Positions 26,674 to 35,247 of a DNA stretch of 64,000 nt are shown piece after piece. The stretch is from Limnochordales bacterium (lineage in GTDB: Bacteria; Bacillota; Limnochordia; Limnochordales; ZCTH02-B6). How positions within the stretch are numbered: position 1 is the first letter of the stretch; the number at the start of each line of letters is the position of its first letter. The notes under the pieces were generated by a model, which saw nothing but the letters and a program-made list of their open reading frames with translations, was not told the DNA's origin and searched no databases. The translations under genes and the position numbers were made by a program. The stretch is taken from NCBI GenBank assembly GCA_035304545.1, contig DATGPV010000054.1:196606-260605 (forward strand), in the 5' to 3' direction.

Positions 26674-27516
26674 TCAGGCGCGCGGGCCGGGCCCCTGCGG
26701 CGACAGCACCCACGCCTCCAGCGCGTCGGCCACGGTTTCGCCTTCTTTCAGGACGACGTCAGCCACCAGGTGCAGCAGAGGCTCGCTATGGCCCATGGCT
26801 ACCCCGGTGCCCGCAAAGCTCAGCAGGCTGAAGTCGTTGAGGGAATCGCCCACGGCCAGCACCTGCCGGCGGTCGATGCCCCGCTCGCGGCAGTAATCGG
26901 CCAAGGCCTGACCTTTGGTGGCCTGGGGATGCAGGATGTGCACCACCCGGGGCGCGTCGAAGCTGGGCAGCACCAGCAGCTGGACCTGGCCTTCCAAGTA
27001 GGCAAAGTGCCGGATCACCCACCGGCAGGCGTCCTCGCCCCACACCACCAGTTGATCGGGAGGCGCCGGCAGGCGGTCGGCCACGTCGGGCACGACGATG
27101 CCCGGAGGAGCGTACCGGGTGTCGGCCGGCTGTTCGGTGTAGTAGATGGTGTCGGCCGCGTCGGCCCGCACCCGCACCCCCGACGCGCGCATCTCCTGCA
27201 GCATGAACCGGGCCAAGTCCAGCGGCAGGGTCAGGCGCCGCAGCACCCGCCCCGTCCCGTCGTAGGTCACGCCGCCGGTCGTGCAGATCATGGGCAGGTC
27301 GTCGGCGATCTGCCGGGCTACCGGCATGGTGGTCAGGCGGGTCCGGCCCGTGGCCAGAATCACTTCAATGCCCGCCGCACGGCAGCGGCGCACCGCCTCC
27401 ACGTCCCGGGGCGCCAGCCGCTTATCCAATCCCAGCAGGGTATCGTCGATGTCCAGGGCGATCAGCCGAAACCCTTCCGCGGCCGCGCCCGGCCCGTTGT
27501 CGGTTCTGCTCACCAC
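26674..27516 (-). CDS. Cof-type HAD-IIB sugar phosphatase
   Basis: HAD motif I is LIALDIDDTLL. A Cof-like cap is present, and motif IV is AVGDSLNDFSLLSFAGTGVAMGHS. Confidence 0.8.
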   Translation of the reverse strand: MVSRTDNGPGAAAEGFRLIALDIDDTLLGLDKRLAPRDVEAVRRCRAAGIEVILATGRTRLTTMPVARQIADDLPMICTTGGVTYDGTGRVLRRLTLPLDLARFMLQEMRASGVRVRADAADTIYYTEQPADTRYAPPGIVVPDVADRLPAPPDQLVVWGEDACRWVIRHFAYLEGQVQLLVLPSFDAPRVVHILHPQATKGQALADYCRERGIDRRQVLAVGDSLNDFSLLSFAGTGVAMGHSEPLLHLVADVVLKEGETVADALEAWVLSPQGPGPRA

Positions 27517-27576
27517 GCCGCCTCCTGTCGTCGTGCTGGTGGGGTGCCGGGCGGCAGGCGGTGGCGCCGGCGGCCC

Positions 27577-28266
27577 TCACCCCAAGAGCGGGAGCCCGTG
27601 GATGGTCTCCAGCACGGCCGCCGCGTCGGCCAAGTCCGGCAAGACCGCCTGGGCCCCCGAGCGCCGGAGGAGCGCGGCATCGTATGGGCCCGTGGCCACC
27701 AGTACGCACGGATAGCCATTGGCCCGGGCGCAAGCCGCGTCCCGCGGCGTGTCGCCGATGACGACCACCCGGTCAAAATCGGTGCCGTAATAGTCCCGGG
27801 CCCGCTGGACGCCGATGCGGACCAGCTCGGCCCGGTCTACGGTGTCGCTGCCGAAACCGCCCACCGGAAAGGGATCGTTGATGCCGTGGGGCGCGAGCTT
27901 GATGCGGGCTCCCCGCTCCAGGTTACCCGTACCCAAAGCGGGGTACAAACCGTCCTCCGGCCGGCAGCGGTCCAGCAGTTCCCGCACCCCCGGTGCGACG
28001 CGGCCGGGGCGCCGCCGCACTTCTTCCATAAGACAGTCGCAATAAGTATCCCACAGGCTGGGGCTCCACGCTTCCGCCGGATCCCGCCCCACCTGCCGCA
28101 GCATGTCCTGGAAGATGGCCGTATCGGTGCGGCCGGCGGTGTCCAAAGACTCCCATTGTTCCCCGGTGCCGTACAGGACAGAGAAGGCCCGGACGATGGC
28201 GCGCCGGCCCGCCCCCTCGCCCAGCACCAGCGTGCCGTCAAGATCAAAGAGGAGCAAAGTCTTCAT
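27577..28266 (-). CDS. HAD-IA family phosphatase (phosphoglycolate-phosphatase-like)
   Basis: Only the last 229 codons of ORF 27577..29025 are credible. The ATG at 28266 overlaps the upstream gene's stop (ATGA). The sequence reads MKTLLLFDLDGTLV (motif I) and ends with VVVIGDTPRDAACARANG (motif IV). Confidence 0.75.
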   Translation of the reverse strand: MKTLLLFDLDGTLVLGEGAGRRAIVRAFSVLYGTGEQWESLDTAGRTDTAIFQDMLRQVGRDPAEAWSPSLWDTYCDCLMEEVRRRPGRVAPGVRELLDRCRPEDGLYPALGTGNLERGARIKLAPHGINDPFPVGGFGSDTVDRAELVRIGVQRARDYYGTDFDRVVVIGDTPRDAACARANGYPCVLVATGPYDAALLRRSGAQAVLPDLADAAAVLETIHGLPLLG

Positions 28267-29687
28267 GTCGCTGCTGGATTCGCCTCGGGCCCGCCCGATT
28301 CCTTGCCGGCGAAACCGGCCAGCCACCGGGCGTAGTCCATGGGCAGCGTGTACACCGCGGCCCGGGCCCCCCGGCCGGACCGCCCAGGCTTGGGGTTGAC
28401 CTCGAGGATCCACAGGCGGCCCCCACGGTCCACACCGATGTCGATGCCCACGTCGCCGGCCTGGGGCGAGCGGGCGTCCAGCGCCGGCAAGAGGTCTTCC
28501 ACCAGCCGGCGGAGGCGTTCCCGGAGGGGCGGGGAGGCCGGCGGCCGGGGCACCCGCCGGGCCAGAACCCAAAAGGGGATGGGCCGGCCGCCTTGGTGGA
28601 GGTTGGAGACGGGCTGCCCGGGGCGGGCCCGGCGCACCGTCACGGCGACCATGCGCCAGCGGCCGCGGCCGTCTTTGAGGGCCAGAATCCGCACGTCGCA
28701 CACTCCCCCGCCGACCCGCACCAAGTCCAGTCCCTGCTGCACCAGAAAACCGCCCGCCTCGATCCACGGGGCAACGGCCTGATCCAGGGCCGCCCTCGGT
28801 ACCCGCGCCGGCCTGGGCCCGCGGGCCGGGGACCACAGGCATTCTCCGCCCGCGGCCTCCACCCGCACGATGCCCCGCCCCATGCACCCGTCGGCCGGCT
28901 TTACGTAGACGGTGCCCCACCGGGCCAGCATGGCGCGCAGCGTGGCCGCGGCATCCAGTGGGCGGGTCTCCGGCAGGTAGGAGCGCAGCCGGGGAAAGGC
29001 CAGCAGGTGTTGGTGCATGGCCCACTTGTCCCCCAGGTCGCCGTTGAACACGATGCTGCCCGCCCCGGCCAGCCGGGCCAAGAAGGCCTGGAGCTCGGCC
29101 CGGGGCAGGACGCCCACGGCCCGGTCAAAAACCACGTGGGGAAAGGGAAAAGGCCGGCGCAGCCAGCCGCGGCCCCGGGGCCGGGGAACCCGGCCCCAAA
29201 CGGCCGGCGCCCCCCACGCCACATCCTGGGGCCCAAACAGAAAGGCCAGCACCCCCCGAGCCCGGGCAAGGCGCACAAACAGGCGGTTCGTGTCATGGTA
29301 TTGCCGGGCCAGGATGCCCACGACGGGGCCCAGGTCCAGAACGGCCGCGGCACCGGCGCCGGGGAGGCTCGACCCGGTGGCGATGCCGCCGGACCCGGTG
29401 GCAGCGCCAGGCCCGGTCATTGGGAGGGACCCGGCGGCCCCCCGGCGGGCCCACAAGGTGATGGGCGCGGGCACGTGCAAGGCCCGGGCCGCGGCCGGCG
29501 GCAGCCACAGGCCAAGGCCCGGCGCCGGGAACACCCGCACCCGCGCCGGCCACACCCCCCGGCCCACCCGCACCGCGACCGGCGCGCCCCCGGGCACGCC
29601 CAGCCACCGGGCCAAGCCCAGCGACACGCCTGCCTGATGAGGCGCGAGCCGTTGGGCCACTCGGATCCCCACGGGCACCGCGGCCAC
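28263..29687 (-). CDS. YheC/YheD-family ATP-grasp protein (endospore-coat-associated family)
   Basis: The 474-aa product has a GTG start 3 nt after the upstream GT stop. The N-terminal segment is of the kind seen at the start of YheC proteins (VGIRVAQRL...LGLARWLGVPGGAPVAVRVGRGVWPARVRV). It is followed by ILARQYHD...FNGDLGDKWAMHQHL...VYVKPADGCMGRGIVRV...DVRILALKD...NLHQGGR...DVGIDIGVDRGGRLWILEVNPKPG, a typical ATP-grasp core. Confidence 0.75.
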   Translation of the reverse strand: MAAVPVGIRVAQRLAPHQAGVSLGLARWLGVPGGAPVAVRVGRGVWPARVRVFPAPGLGLWLPPAAARALHVPAPITLWARRGAAGSLPMTGPGAATGSGGIATGSSLPGAGAAAVLDLGPVVGILARQYHDTNRLFVRLARARGVLAFLFGPQDVAWGAPAVWGRVPRPRGRGWLRRPFPFPHVVFDRAVGVLPRAELQAFLARLAGAGSIVFNGDLGDKWAMHQHLLAFPRLRSYLPETRPLDAAATLRAMLARWGTVYVKPADGCMGRGIVRVEAAGGECLWSPARGPRPARVPRAALDQAVAPWIEAGGFLVQQGLDLVRVGGGVCDVRILALKDGRGRWRMVAVTVRRARPGQPVSNLHQGGRPIPFWVLARRVPRPPASPPLRERLRRLVEDLLPALDARSPQAGDVGIDIGVDRGGRLWILEVNPKPGRSGRGARAAVYTLPMDYARWLAGFAGKESGGPEANPAAT

Positions 29688-29690
29688 GGC

Positions 29691-30695
29691 TCACGCCCCA
29701 CCCCGCGCACCCACGGCCTCGGCATAGACCTGCACGGTTTGGGCCGCCACCTGGCGCAAGTCAAAGCGGGCCTGCACAAACCCCCGCCCCCAGCGGGCCA
29801 GCTGTCGGCGAAGGGCCCCGTCCTGGGCCAGCTGCACCAGGGTTTCCCGGATCGCACGCGGCGTGGGCGCCACGCCGCTGACCCGGCCGATGAAGTTGTC
29901 CCGGGCCAGCCGGTGGGCATTGTCCGGGGTCAGCAGCCCATCCCAGCCTTCGCCCAGCACCAGGGCGGCGCAGCCCGTGGCCAAGCCCTCCAGCACCGCC
30001 CGTCCTGTGCCGGCCACCACGTCGCTTTGCAGCAGCCACGGCACCGGGTCCCGGAGCCAGCCCACATGGCGCACCCAAGGCGCCGTCCGGCGGTCAGTGG
30101 CCATCACCAGCTCGACCCCGGGCAGCCCCTGCACCGCCCGGCACAGGGCGTCGGCGCCGGCCCGCCGCCGGTGGTCGATGCGCCCCAGGTACAGCACCCG
30201 CAGCCCGTCCCGCACCGGCCGCTCCCGGAAGGGAAACTGGTCCAGGTCGATCCCGTTAGGGATCACCCGGGTACGCCCGCCCCGGTCGCCCATTGCCTCA
30301 GCCAGCGCTTCCCAAGGGCAGATGATGCGGCGGGCCTGCGCGAAGGCGGGCTCATGGACGGGCCGGATGAGGGTGCGGGCATGGCACGTGATCACCAAGG
30401 GCAGCCCCGTGCACCGGGCCAGCCGGGCCCCGGCGGCAAAGGTCCGCCGGGAGTGGGCGTGGATCACGTGGGGCCGCAGCCGCCGCACCAGCTGCCGGAG
30501 CGCGGCCATGTCCAGCCGGATGGAGCAGGGCACGCCGCCCGCGAGAAACCGGGTGTAGCGCCACTGCCGGGCCGTATGGACGCGGGCGTTGACCACATGC
30601 ACGGCATGTCCTTGACGCGCCAGTTCCCGGGCCAGGGCGAAAACGTGAGTCATCTGGCCGCTGGGGAAATAGTGGGACAGCATCAGAATCCGCAC
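29691..30695 (-). CDS. glycosyltransferase, GT4-like (GT-B fold)
   Basis: I trimmed the ORF to the GTG at 30695 (GGGAGGTGGG 7 nt upstream). The sequence reads VRILMLSHYFPSGQMTHVFALARELARQGHAVHVV... with a C-terminal GT1-type region (AGTGRAVLEGLATGCAALV). Confidence 0.8.
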   Translation of the reverse strand: MRILMLSHYFPSGQMTHVFALARELARQGHAVHVVNARVHTARQWRYTRFLAGGVPCSIRLDMAALRQLVRRLRPHVIHAHSRRTFAAGARLARCTGLPLVITCHARTLIRPVHEPAFAQARRIICPWEALAEAMGDRGGRTRVIPNGIDLDQFPFRERPVRDGLRVLYLGRIDHRRRAGADALCRAVQGLPGVELVMATDRRTAPWVRHVGWLRDPVPWLLQSDVVAGTGRAVLEGLATGCAALVLGEGWDGLLTPDNAHRLARDNFIGRVSGVAPTPRAIRETLVQLAQDGALRRQLARWGRGFVQARFDLRQVAAQTVQVYAEAVGARGGA

Positions 30696-30838
30696 GGGCT
30701 TGCCCACCTCCCGCCCGCCGCCCGGCGCCGGCCCGCAGCCGCACCGGCCCGCCGGCGGGCACGGGCCTTCGGGTGCGGCTGCCGGCACCACGCCTCCCTT
30801 TGCTCGCCATCCTTATGTCCCCCCGTGCCCAACGGGCG

Positions 30839-30854
30839 CGGGAACCGGTTCCCG
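30839..30854. promoter_or_regulatory. perfect 16-bp palindrome CGGGAACCGGTTCCCG in the divergent GT promoter region
   Basis: The palindrome is read directly from the sequence. It sits about 90 nt upstream of the ATG at 30946 and about 145 nt upstream of the GTG at 30695. The function is unknown; it may be an operator. Confidence 0.3.
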
Positions 30855-30945
30855 TTTGCAAGACCCCGAGCGGGCGTCGCCGGCCAGGAGCGCGGACCTG
30901 ACCGGTTTCATAGGATGGACAGCCAAAACCCCGGAGGGATCCGCC

Positions 30946-32232
30946 ATGGCCTTGACGCAGCCGGCCCGCGGGCGGCCCGTCACCGCCCCGGTTCCCGACC
31001 GCCAACCCTGGGACGCGGTACTCCAGGCCCGCTGGGCCGCCCACATGGCCCAGCGGCCCGGCATGCCCGCCCGCTCCCCGTATGTGCTCTACCGCGGTCC
31101 CTTTTACAGCCCCGGCGGGTACACCTACGAGGCCCGCACCTTGCTCCGGCATCTCCTGGACGCGGGCTTCACGGTGCGCGCCCTACCGCCTACCCTGCGC
31201 CTGTTGCACAAGCCCGCCGTCCTGCACCGCCTCGCGCCGGATCTCTACGATCTGCACGCCCCTGCCCCAGGGCGCCGGCCTACAGTGGAGCTGACCCACT
31301 TGCCCGCCTGCTGGTTCAGGGCCCTGGCCCCGGGGGCGGCACGCCTTGGCCGCACCATGTTCGAAACGGACCGCCTGCCGCCCGACTGGGTGCGGACGTG
31401 CCGGCGCATGGACGAGGTCTGGGTCCCGTCCACCTTCAACGCGGAGACCTTCGCCGACAGCGGCGTGCCCGCCCGCAAAATCCGCGTCTTGCCTCTGGGC
31501 GTGGACACCCGGCGCTTTCACCCCGGGGTGCCGCCCCTCACCATCCCCGGCGCCCGGGGGTTCGTTTTCCTGGCCAACTTCGCCTGGCAGCAGCGCAAGG
31601 GCTGGCCCATCCTGGTGGAGGCCTTTTTGCGGGAGTTTCACCCTAAAGAGGACGTCACCCTGGTGCTGAAGACGCTGCCCGTTTTTCACCGGCCCTCCGC
31701 GGTGCGTCAGCAGCTGTACCGCTACATCCGCCGGCTCGGTTTCACCCCGGGAAACACCGCTCCCATCATCCTGGACCAGCGGGTGTTGCCCCGGGAGATG
31801 TTGCCCCGCCTGTATGCCGCCAGCGACGCCTTTGTGCTGCCTACCCGGGGCGAAGGCTGGGGCTTTCCGTTTCTGGAGGCCATGGCCTGCGGGAAACCGG
31901 TCATCGGCACCGCCTGGAGCAGCCTGCTGGACTTTTTGCACCCGGACTACGCCTATCTCCTCGAGATAGAGGGCCTGGAGCCCGTGCGGGGTCCGGTGGA
32001 GCTACACCGGTTTTACCGGGGCCACCGGTGGGCCAAGCCGAGCGTGGACCACTTGCGCCAGCTCCTGCGGCACGTCTTTGAGCACCCCGGGGAAGCCCGG
32101 GCCAAGGGAGCGCGCGCTCGCGCGGCCGTGGAGCAGCGCTGGGACGTGGGGCCCACGGCGGCCCGCTTGGTGGATGCCCTCGCTCGCTGGGTCGGCGACG
32201 CGCCGGGGACGGCCGCCCGGGCCCCAGGCTGA
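30946..32232 (+). CDS. glycosyltransferase (GT4/GT1-type C-terminal domain); paralog of 35248..36663
   Basis: The ATG at 30946 follows GGAGGG. Motifs include LQARWAAHMAQRPGMPARSPYVLYRGPFYSPGGYTYEARTLLRHLLDAGFTV, MDEVWVPSTFNAETF, and LPTRGEGWGFPFLEAMACGKPVIGT. Confidence 0.75.
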   Translation: MALTQPARGRPVTAPVPDRQPWDAVLQARWAAHMAQRPGMPARSPYVLYRGPFYSPGGYTYEARTLLRHLLDAGFTVRALPPTLRLLHKPAVLHRLAPDLYDLHAPAPGRRPTVELTHLPACWFRALAPGAARLGRTMFETDRLPPDWVRTCRRMDEVWVPSTFNAETFADSGVPARKIRVLPLGVDTRRFHPGVPPLTIPGARGFVFLANFAWQQRKGWPILVEAFLREFHPKEDVTLVLKTLPVFHRPSAVRQQLYRYIRRLGFTPGNTAPIILDQRVLPREMLPRLYAASDAFVLPTRGEGWGFPFLEAMACGKPVIGTAWSSLLDFLHPDYAYLLEIEGLEPVRGPVELHRFYRGHRWAKPSVDHLRQLLRHVFEHPGEARAKGARARAAVEQRWDVGPTAARLVDALARWVGDAPGTAARAPG

Positions 32233-32235
32233 CCC

Positions 32236-33426
32236 TCACAGCCGCCGACGCCGGGCCCGCCGGCGCCGCCGGCGGAGCCCGCGCCCGCTCCGCCGGCGGG
32301 GCAACCTCCGCCGCCAGCCTCGGCCCCACCGGCGCCGCCAGCCCCAACGCCGCTGCCGGCCGCGTTGCCCCCGGCCCAGGGCTCGCCGGGCCCTCCCCCG
32401 CCGCCCCCGCCGGCGGGGCAGCCGCGCTCCCCTGTGGGGCCGGTGGAGGAACGCCGCCCACTGGGCCATGATCCTATCCCTGCCGAACAGCTCTATAGCC
32501 CGTACGCGGCCCTGGTGGCCGATGCGAGCCGCCAGTTCCGGATCGTCCAGCAGGCGCTGGATGGCCTGCTTCAGATAGGCCAGGTCATCGCTGACGAATC
32601 CGTCGACCCCGTCGCGGATGATCTCATGCACCTCGTAGGTGCCCCAACCCGCATCGCCCCACACGGGCCCCAAAGCCACCACGGGGACGCCCGTCATGAG
32701 CGCTTCTACCAGCCCCAGCGTATAGCAGGCGGGCTTGGTGCCGGTGTACACATAGGCCCGGGCTTCCCGAAGCTTCTGTTTCATCTCTTCGTAGCCCAGC
32801 GGCCCGCCGTCCAAGGCTCCCGCAGCTTCGTTGCCGTGGCCATATACGTGCGCGTGAAACCCGTAGGCCAAGGTGGCGAAGGCGGCGAAGTTGCAGGCGG
32901 CCGCCCGGGCGGGCATGCTGCGGTTCAGGGTGATGACCTCGTCGGTGTGGCCCTGCCAGCCGCCGAATTCGGCGGGGTCTTTGTAGAAGCGGATGACGGC
33001 ATCCGCCCCGATGTGACCAGGCAGGAGCAGCTCCTTGGGCGAGTGGCGCACCACTTCTAGGCCCAAGCGCCGGTAAGGCCGCAAGCTCTCCTCCACGGCG
33101 GGGGTCGACTGGCCGATGCTGCGCCACACCACCCGCTTGCCCCGGAACAGATGCCAGTTGTTGCTGATCCACTGGGGGATGTGCATGACCAGCACCAGGT
33201 CGGCCCACGCAACCAGGCGCCGGTCCAGCCGGGCCTGGGAGCAGCGGCGGGCGATGGCCTCTAGGACAGGATACCGGGGCAGCGGCAAAGGCGGGCGCAT
33301 GGCATCGGTTGGAGCATGGGGGTTGAGGTACGCGCCCAGCGCGAAGACCTGGTGCCCCAGTTCCGACAGAAGCCGCAGTTCATCGTATTCCAGCGCCGCG
33401 TGACAGGACAAGTACAGGATCCGCAT
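32236..33426 (-). CDS. GT-B-fold glycosyltransferase-like protein with a 67-aa Arg-rich C-terminal tail
   Basis: The sequence MRILYLSCHAALEYDELRLLSELGHQVF... continues to YTLGLVEALMTGVPVVA...EIIRDGVDGFVSDD...LLDDPELAARIG, a GT1-like C-terminal half. The tail is PHRGARLPRRRGRRGRARRALGRGQRGRQRRWGWRRRWGRGWRRRLPRRRSGRGLRRRRRRARRRRL. Whether the tail is translated is unproven. Confidence 0.65.
   Translation of the reverse strand: MRILYLSCHAALEYDELRLLSELGHQVFALGAYLNPHAPTDAMRPPLPLPRYPVLEAIARRCSQARLDRRLVAWADLVLVMHIPQWISNNWHLFRGKRVVWRSIGQSTPAVEESLRPYRRLGLEVVRHSPKELLLPGHIGADAVIRFYKDPAEFGGWQGHTDEVITLNRSMPARAAACNFAAFATLAYGFHAHVYGHGNEAAGALDGGPLGYEEMKQKLREARAYVYTGTKPACYTLGLVEALMTGVPVVALGPVWGDAGWGTYEVHEIIRDGVDGFVSDDLAYLKQAIQRLLDDPELAARIGHQGRVRAIELFGRDRIMAQWAAFLHRPHRGARLPRRRGRRGRARRALGRGQRGRQRRWGWRRRWGRGWRRRLPRRRSGRGLRRRRRRARRRRL
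32239..32439 (-). repeat. CGG/CCG-rich low-complexity segment (Arg-rich tail of 32236..33426)
   Basis: I decoded 67 codons by hand: 36 are Arg (mostly CGG) and 4 are Trp. The co-phased plus frame reads as a Pro/Ala-rich peptide. Confidence 0.6.
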
Positions 33427-33444
33427 GGGGCTCAGCCCCTTTCC

Positions 33445-34185
33445 CTAAAGACGGGTCGTTCGGCGGCGTGGGAAAACCCGCCGCTGACCTCGGGAGCGTC
33501 GGCCACCGTAAGACCGGCGCCGCCCCCGGGCGCGCGAAAAGCCCCACCGCCGGCGCTGACCCCGGAATCCTCCGCGACCCCGCCTGCGCCCCCCAAAGCC
33601 CGGCGGTGGCGGTGCATCGGCCAGTACCACCACGCCGGGACGGGCGGGCACACCCCGCTGGGGTTCCATGTAGTCGGGCCCGTAGCGGGCCGTCAGCCAG
33701 CGGTGGGCATCCGCGGGCGCCGCGAGCTCCAACTGGTCCAACCGGACCCGGGAAAAGGGGAGCAGCCATTTCCGGGGCACACGGCCCTTGAAGGGGTGGC
33801 AGAGATAATCCCCGTCTTCGGCCCATGGGTATAAGTCGACGCCCATGTCGTTGACGGGGCTGTACGTGATCCGCAGCAGCGCTCCCCCGCAGTGGCGCTG
33901 CACCTCGAACCCCAGGGCCTCCCACGCGTGGGCCAGCCCCAGCACCCGGGGCACGTCCGCGGCCATGACGCCCAGGTCCGCGTCGGTGTCCCACGGGATC
34001 ACCGCTTGGTCCCGGACCGCGCCCAGCAAGGTACCGCCATCGGCCCAGTACGGAATCCCATGGCTTTCCAAGATCCGCACCGTCTCCCGGAGAACGGTGT
34101 GCAAGTGATGGAGACAGCAGGCCGGCGTGTCCACGTGCTGGCTGCGCCCTGCGGCACAGCGAACGGAATCCCGACCGCAGGTCAT
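33445..34185 (-). CDS. LicD-family phosphotransferase with an Arg/Gly-rich C-terminal tail
   Basis: The LicD core is LESHGIPYWADGGTLLGAVRDQAVIPWDTDADLGV (DxD). The tail is GFGGRRRGRGGFRGQRRRWGFSRARGRRRSYGGRRSRGQRRVFPRRRTTRL. The start is an ATG 18 nt after the upstream stop, with GGGGGTG between them. Confidence 0.75.
   Translation of the reverse strand: MTCGRDSVRCAAGRSQHVDTPACCLHHLHTVLRETVRILESHGIPYWADGGTLLGAVRDQAVIPWDTDADLGVMAADVPRVLGLAHAWEALGFEVQRHCGGALLRITYSPVNDMGVDLYPWAEDGDYLCHPFKGRVPRKWLLPFSRVRLDQLELAAPADAHRWLTARYGPDYMEPQRGVPARPGVVVLADAPPPPGFGGRRRGRGGFRGQRRRWGFSRARGRRRSYGGRRSRGQRRVFPRRRTTRL
33448..33600 (-). repeat. Arg/Gly-rich low-complexity segment (tail of LicD)
   Basis: 22 of 51 codons are Arg. 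The RGG/RRR pattern was read directly from the sequence. Confidence 0.55.
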
Positions 34186-34203
34186 CGGTTCTGCACCCCC
34201 TCG

Positions 34204-35145
34204 TCAGCGCCGCCGGAAGCGCCGGGCAGCCCTGGTTGAGCCCACCGCTTGGCCCCCACGCCGACCCTCAGTCACCCGCAGCCCCTGGCCCGAGCGGATG
34301 GTTCCCCGGATCCGGCTCCGCCCGGGACCCATCCGTGCGGTTCGAGGCGCCCGCCGCCGGCGAAGCAACCGCCGTGTCGGCCGGGGCCGGGACGTTGGCG
34401 GTGGCGGCAAGGGCGGCGTGGGCGGGGCCGGTGGCGGGGCCGGTGGCGGCGGCAGCCCCAGCTCGATCCCCCACGGGGCTCCCCGGGGCCGGCGTTGAAG
34501 GACACCGATGCCGCCCCAGCCTTGGGCGGGATTCTCGATGAATTCCTGGAAATGGTAATGGCTTCGGATACGCTGCCAATAGGTGTGCACATCAACGCCC
34601 ACGGCGATGTGGGGCGGCACCACGACGATGTCGTGGAAGGCCACTAACCCCTCCCGGCGCACCAGCGGACTGTACATCTCAAAGTCCGCCTGTACGCCGC
34701 TGTACGTGTGATCGCCGTCGATGAACAGAAAGTCCAAGGGCTTCCCTTGCAGCAGCGCGGCCGCCTGCCGACGGGTGGCCGGCTGGTGGGAATCGGCCCG
34801 GATAAGGTGCAGCTCTTGCCCGGGCAAAGCGAAGGCCCGGTACAACGGCTCCCGGGACTCGTCATAGCCGCCGCCGAAGGCGCCGCCGGGCAAATCGATG
34901 CTGATGATGCGGGCCCCTGGCGGCAGCACCCGGCAAAAGAGAAAGAGGCTGCCGCCGTTGGCCGTGCCGATCTCCAGCATCGCGCGGGGCTGGCGCTGCG
35001 CCAACAGCTCCAATAGGGCCCGGATCTCGCTGCGCACCTGCCATGGCCCGATGAGGCCGTTGGCAAATCCCCAAGCGAAGTCCAGCAGTTCGTCCAGGGT
35101 GCGGTGCCGGAAGGACCGCAGCTCATTGATGAGTTCCTGGGACAT
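34204..35145 (-). CDS. class I SAM-dependent methyltransferase (Methyltransf_24/CmcI-like) with a Pro-rich then Arg-rich C-terminal tail
   Basis: Motif I is MLEIGTANGGSLFLF, followed by IISIDL and FLFIDGDHTYSGVQADFEMY. The tail is PRGAPWGIELGLPPPPAPPPAPPTPPLPPPPTSRPRPTRRLLRRRRAPRTARMGPGRSRIRG...RAARRFRRR. Confidence 0.75.
   Translation of the reverse strand: MSQELINELRSFRHRTLDELLDFAWGFANGLIGPWQVRSEIRALLELLAQRQPRAMLEIGTANGGSLFLFCRVLPPGARIISIDLPGGAFGGGYDESREPLYRAFALPGQELHLIRADSHQPATRRQAAALLQGKPLDFLFIDGDHTYSGVQADFEMYSPLVRREGLVAFHDIVVVPPHIAVGVDVHTYWQRIRSHYHFQEFIENPAQGWGGIGVLQRRPRGAPWGIELGLPPPPAPPPAPPTPPLPPPPTSRPRPTRRLLRRRRAPRTARMGPGRSRIRGTIRSGQGLRVTEGRRGGQAVGSTRAARRFRRR
34207..34491 (-). repeat. 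Pro-rich/Arg-rich low-complexity segment (tail of the methyltransferase)
   Basis: This was read directly from the minus-strand frame that is contiguous with the MTase domain. Confidence 0.55.
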
Positions 35146-35247
35146 GTCGTCACCGCCCCTTCCGGGGAATGCCGGCGGAAGGCCGGCCCGTCCGTTGACC
35201 AGCCCGCCGCGCCGTCCACCGGGTCTGCATGGTGCCGGTCTTGGGCC

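Noticed and set aside
28267-29025. The N-terminal 253 codons of the minus-strand ORF 27577..29025 form an Arg/Gly/Pro-rich extension of the HAD phosphatase.
   Set aside because: This part lies entirely inside the YheC/D gene in another frame. The HAD motif I (MKTLLLFDLDGTL) begins at an ATG that overlaps the YheC/D stop (ATGA), which is the natural start.
28593-31646. A 1017-aa plus-strand ORF covers the YheC/D gene, the GT4 gene, the divergent promoter and the start of the plus-strand GT.
   Set aside because: It crosses a promoter region and is antisense to two genes with good family signatures. Its translation is Pro/Gly/Arg/His-rich, so it is a shadow ORF.
32233-33060. Possible TGA read-through of the plus-strand GT (stop at 32230) would extend it into an in-frame Pro-rich region, the same frame as ORF 32365..33060.
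   Set aside because: Beyond the Pro-rich 200 nt, the frame continues antisense through the whole catalytic domain of the minus-strand GT-B-like gene and yields no recognisable sequence. The Pro-rich reading is the arithmetic antisense of an Arg-rich (CGG) frame. I keep it only as a caveat within the relevant finding.
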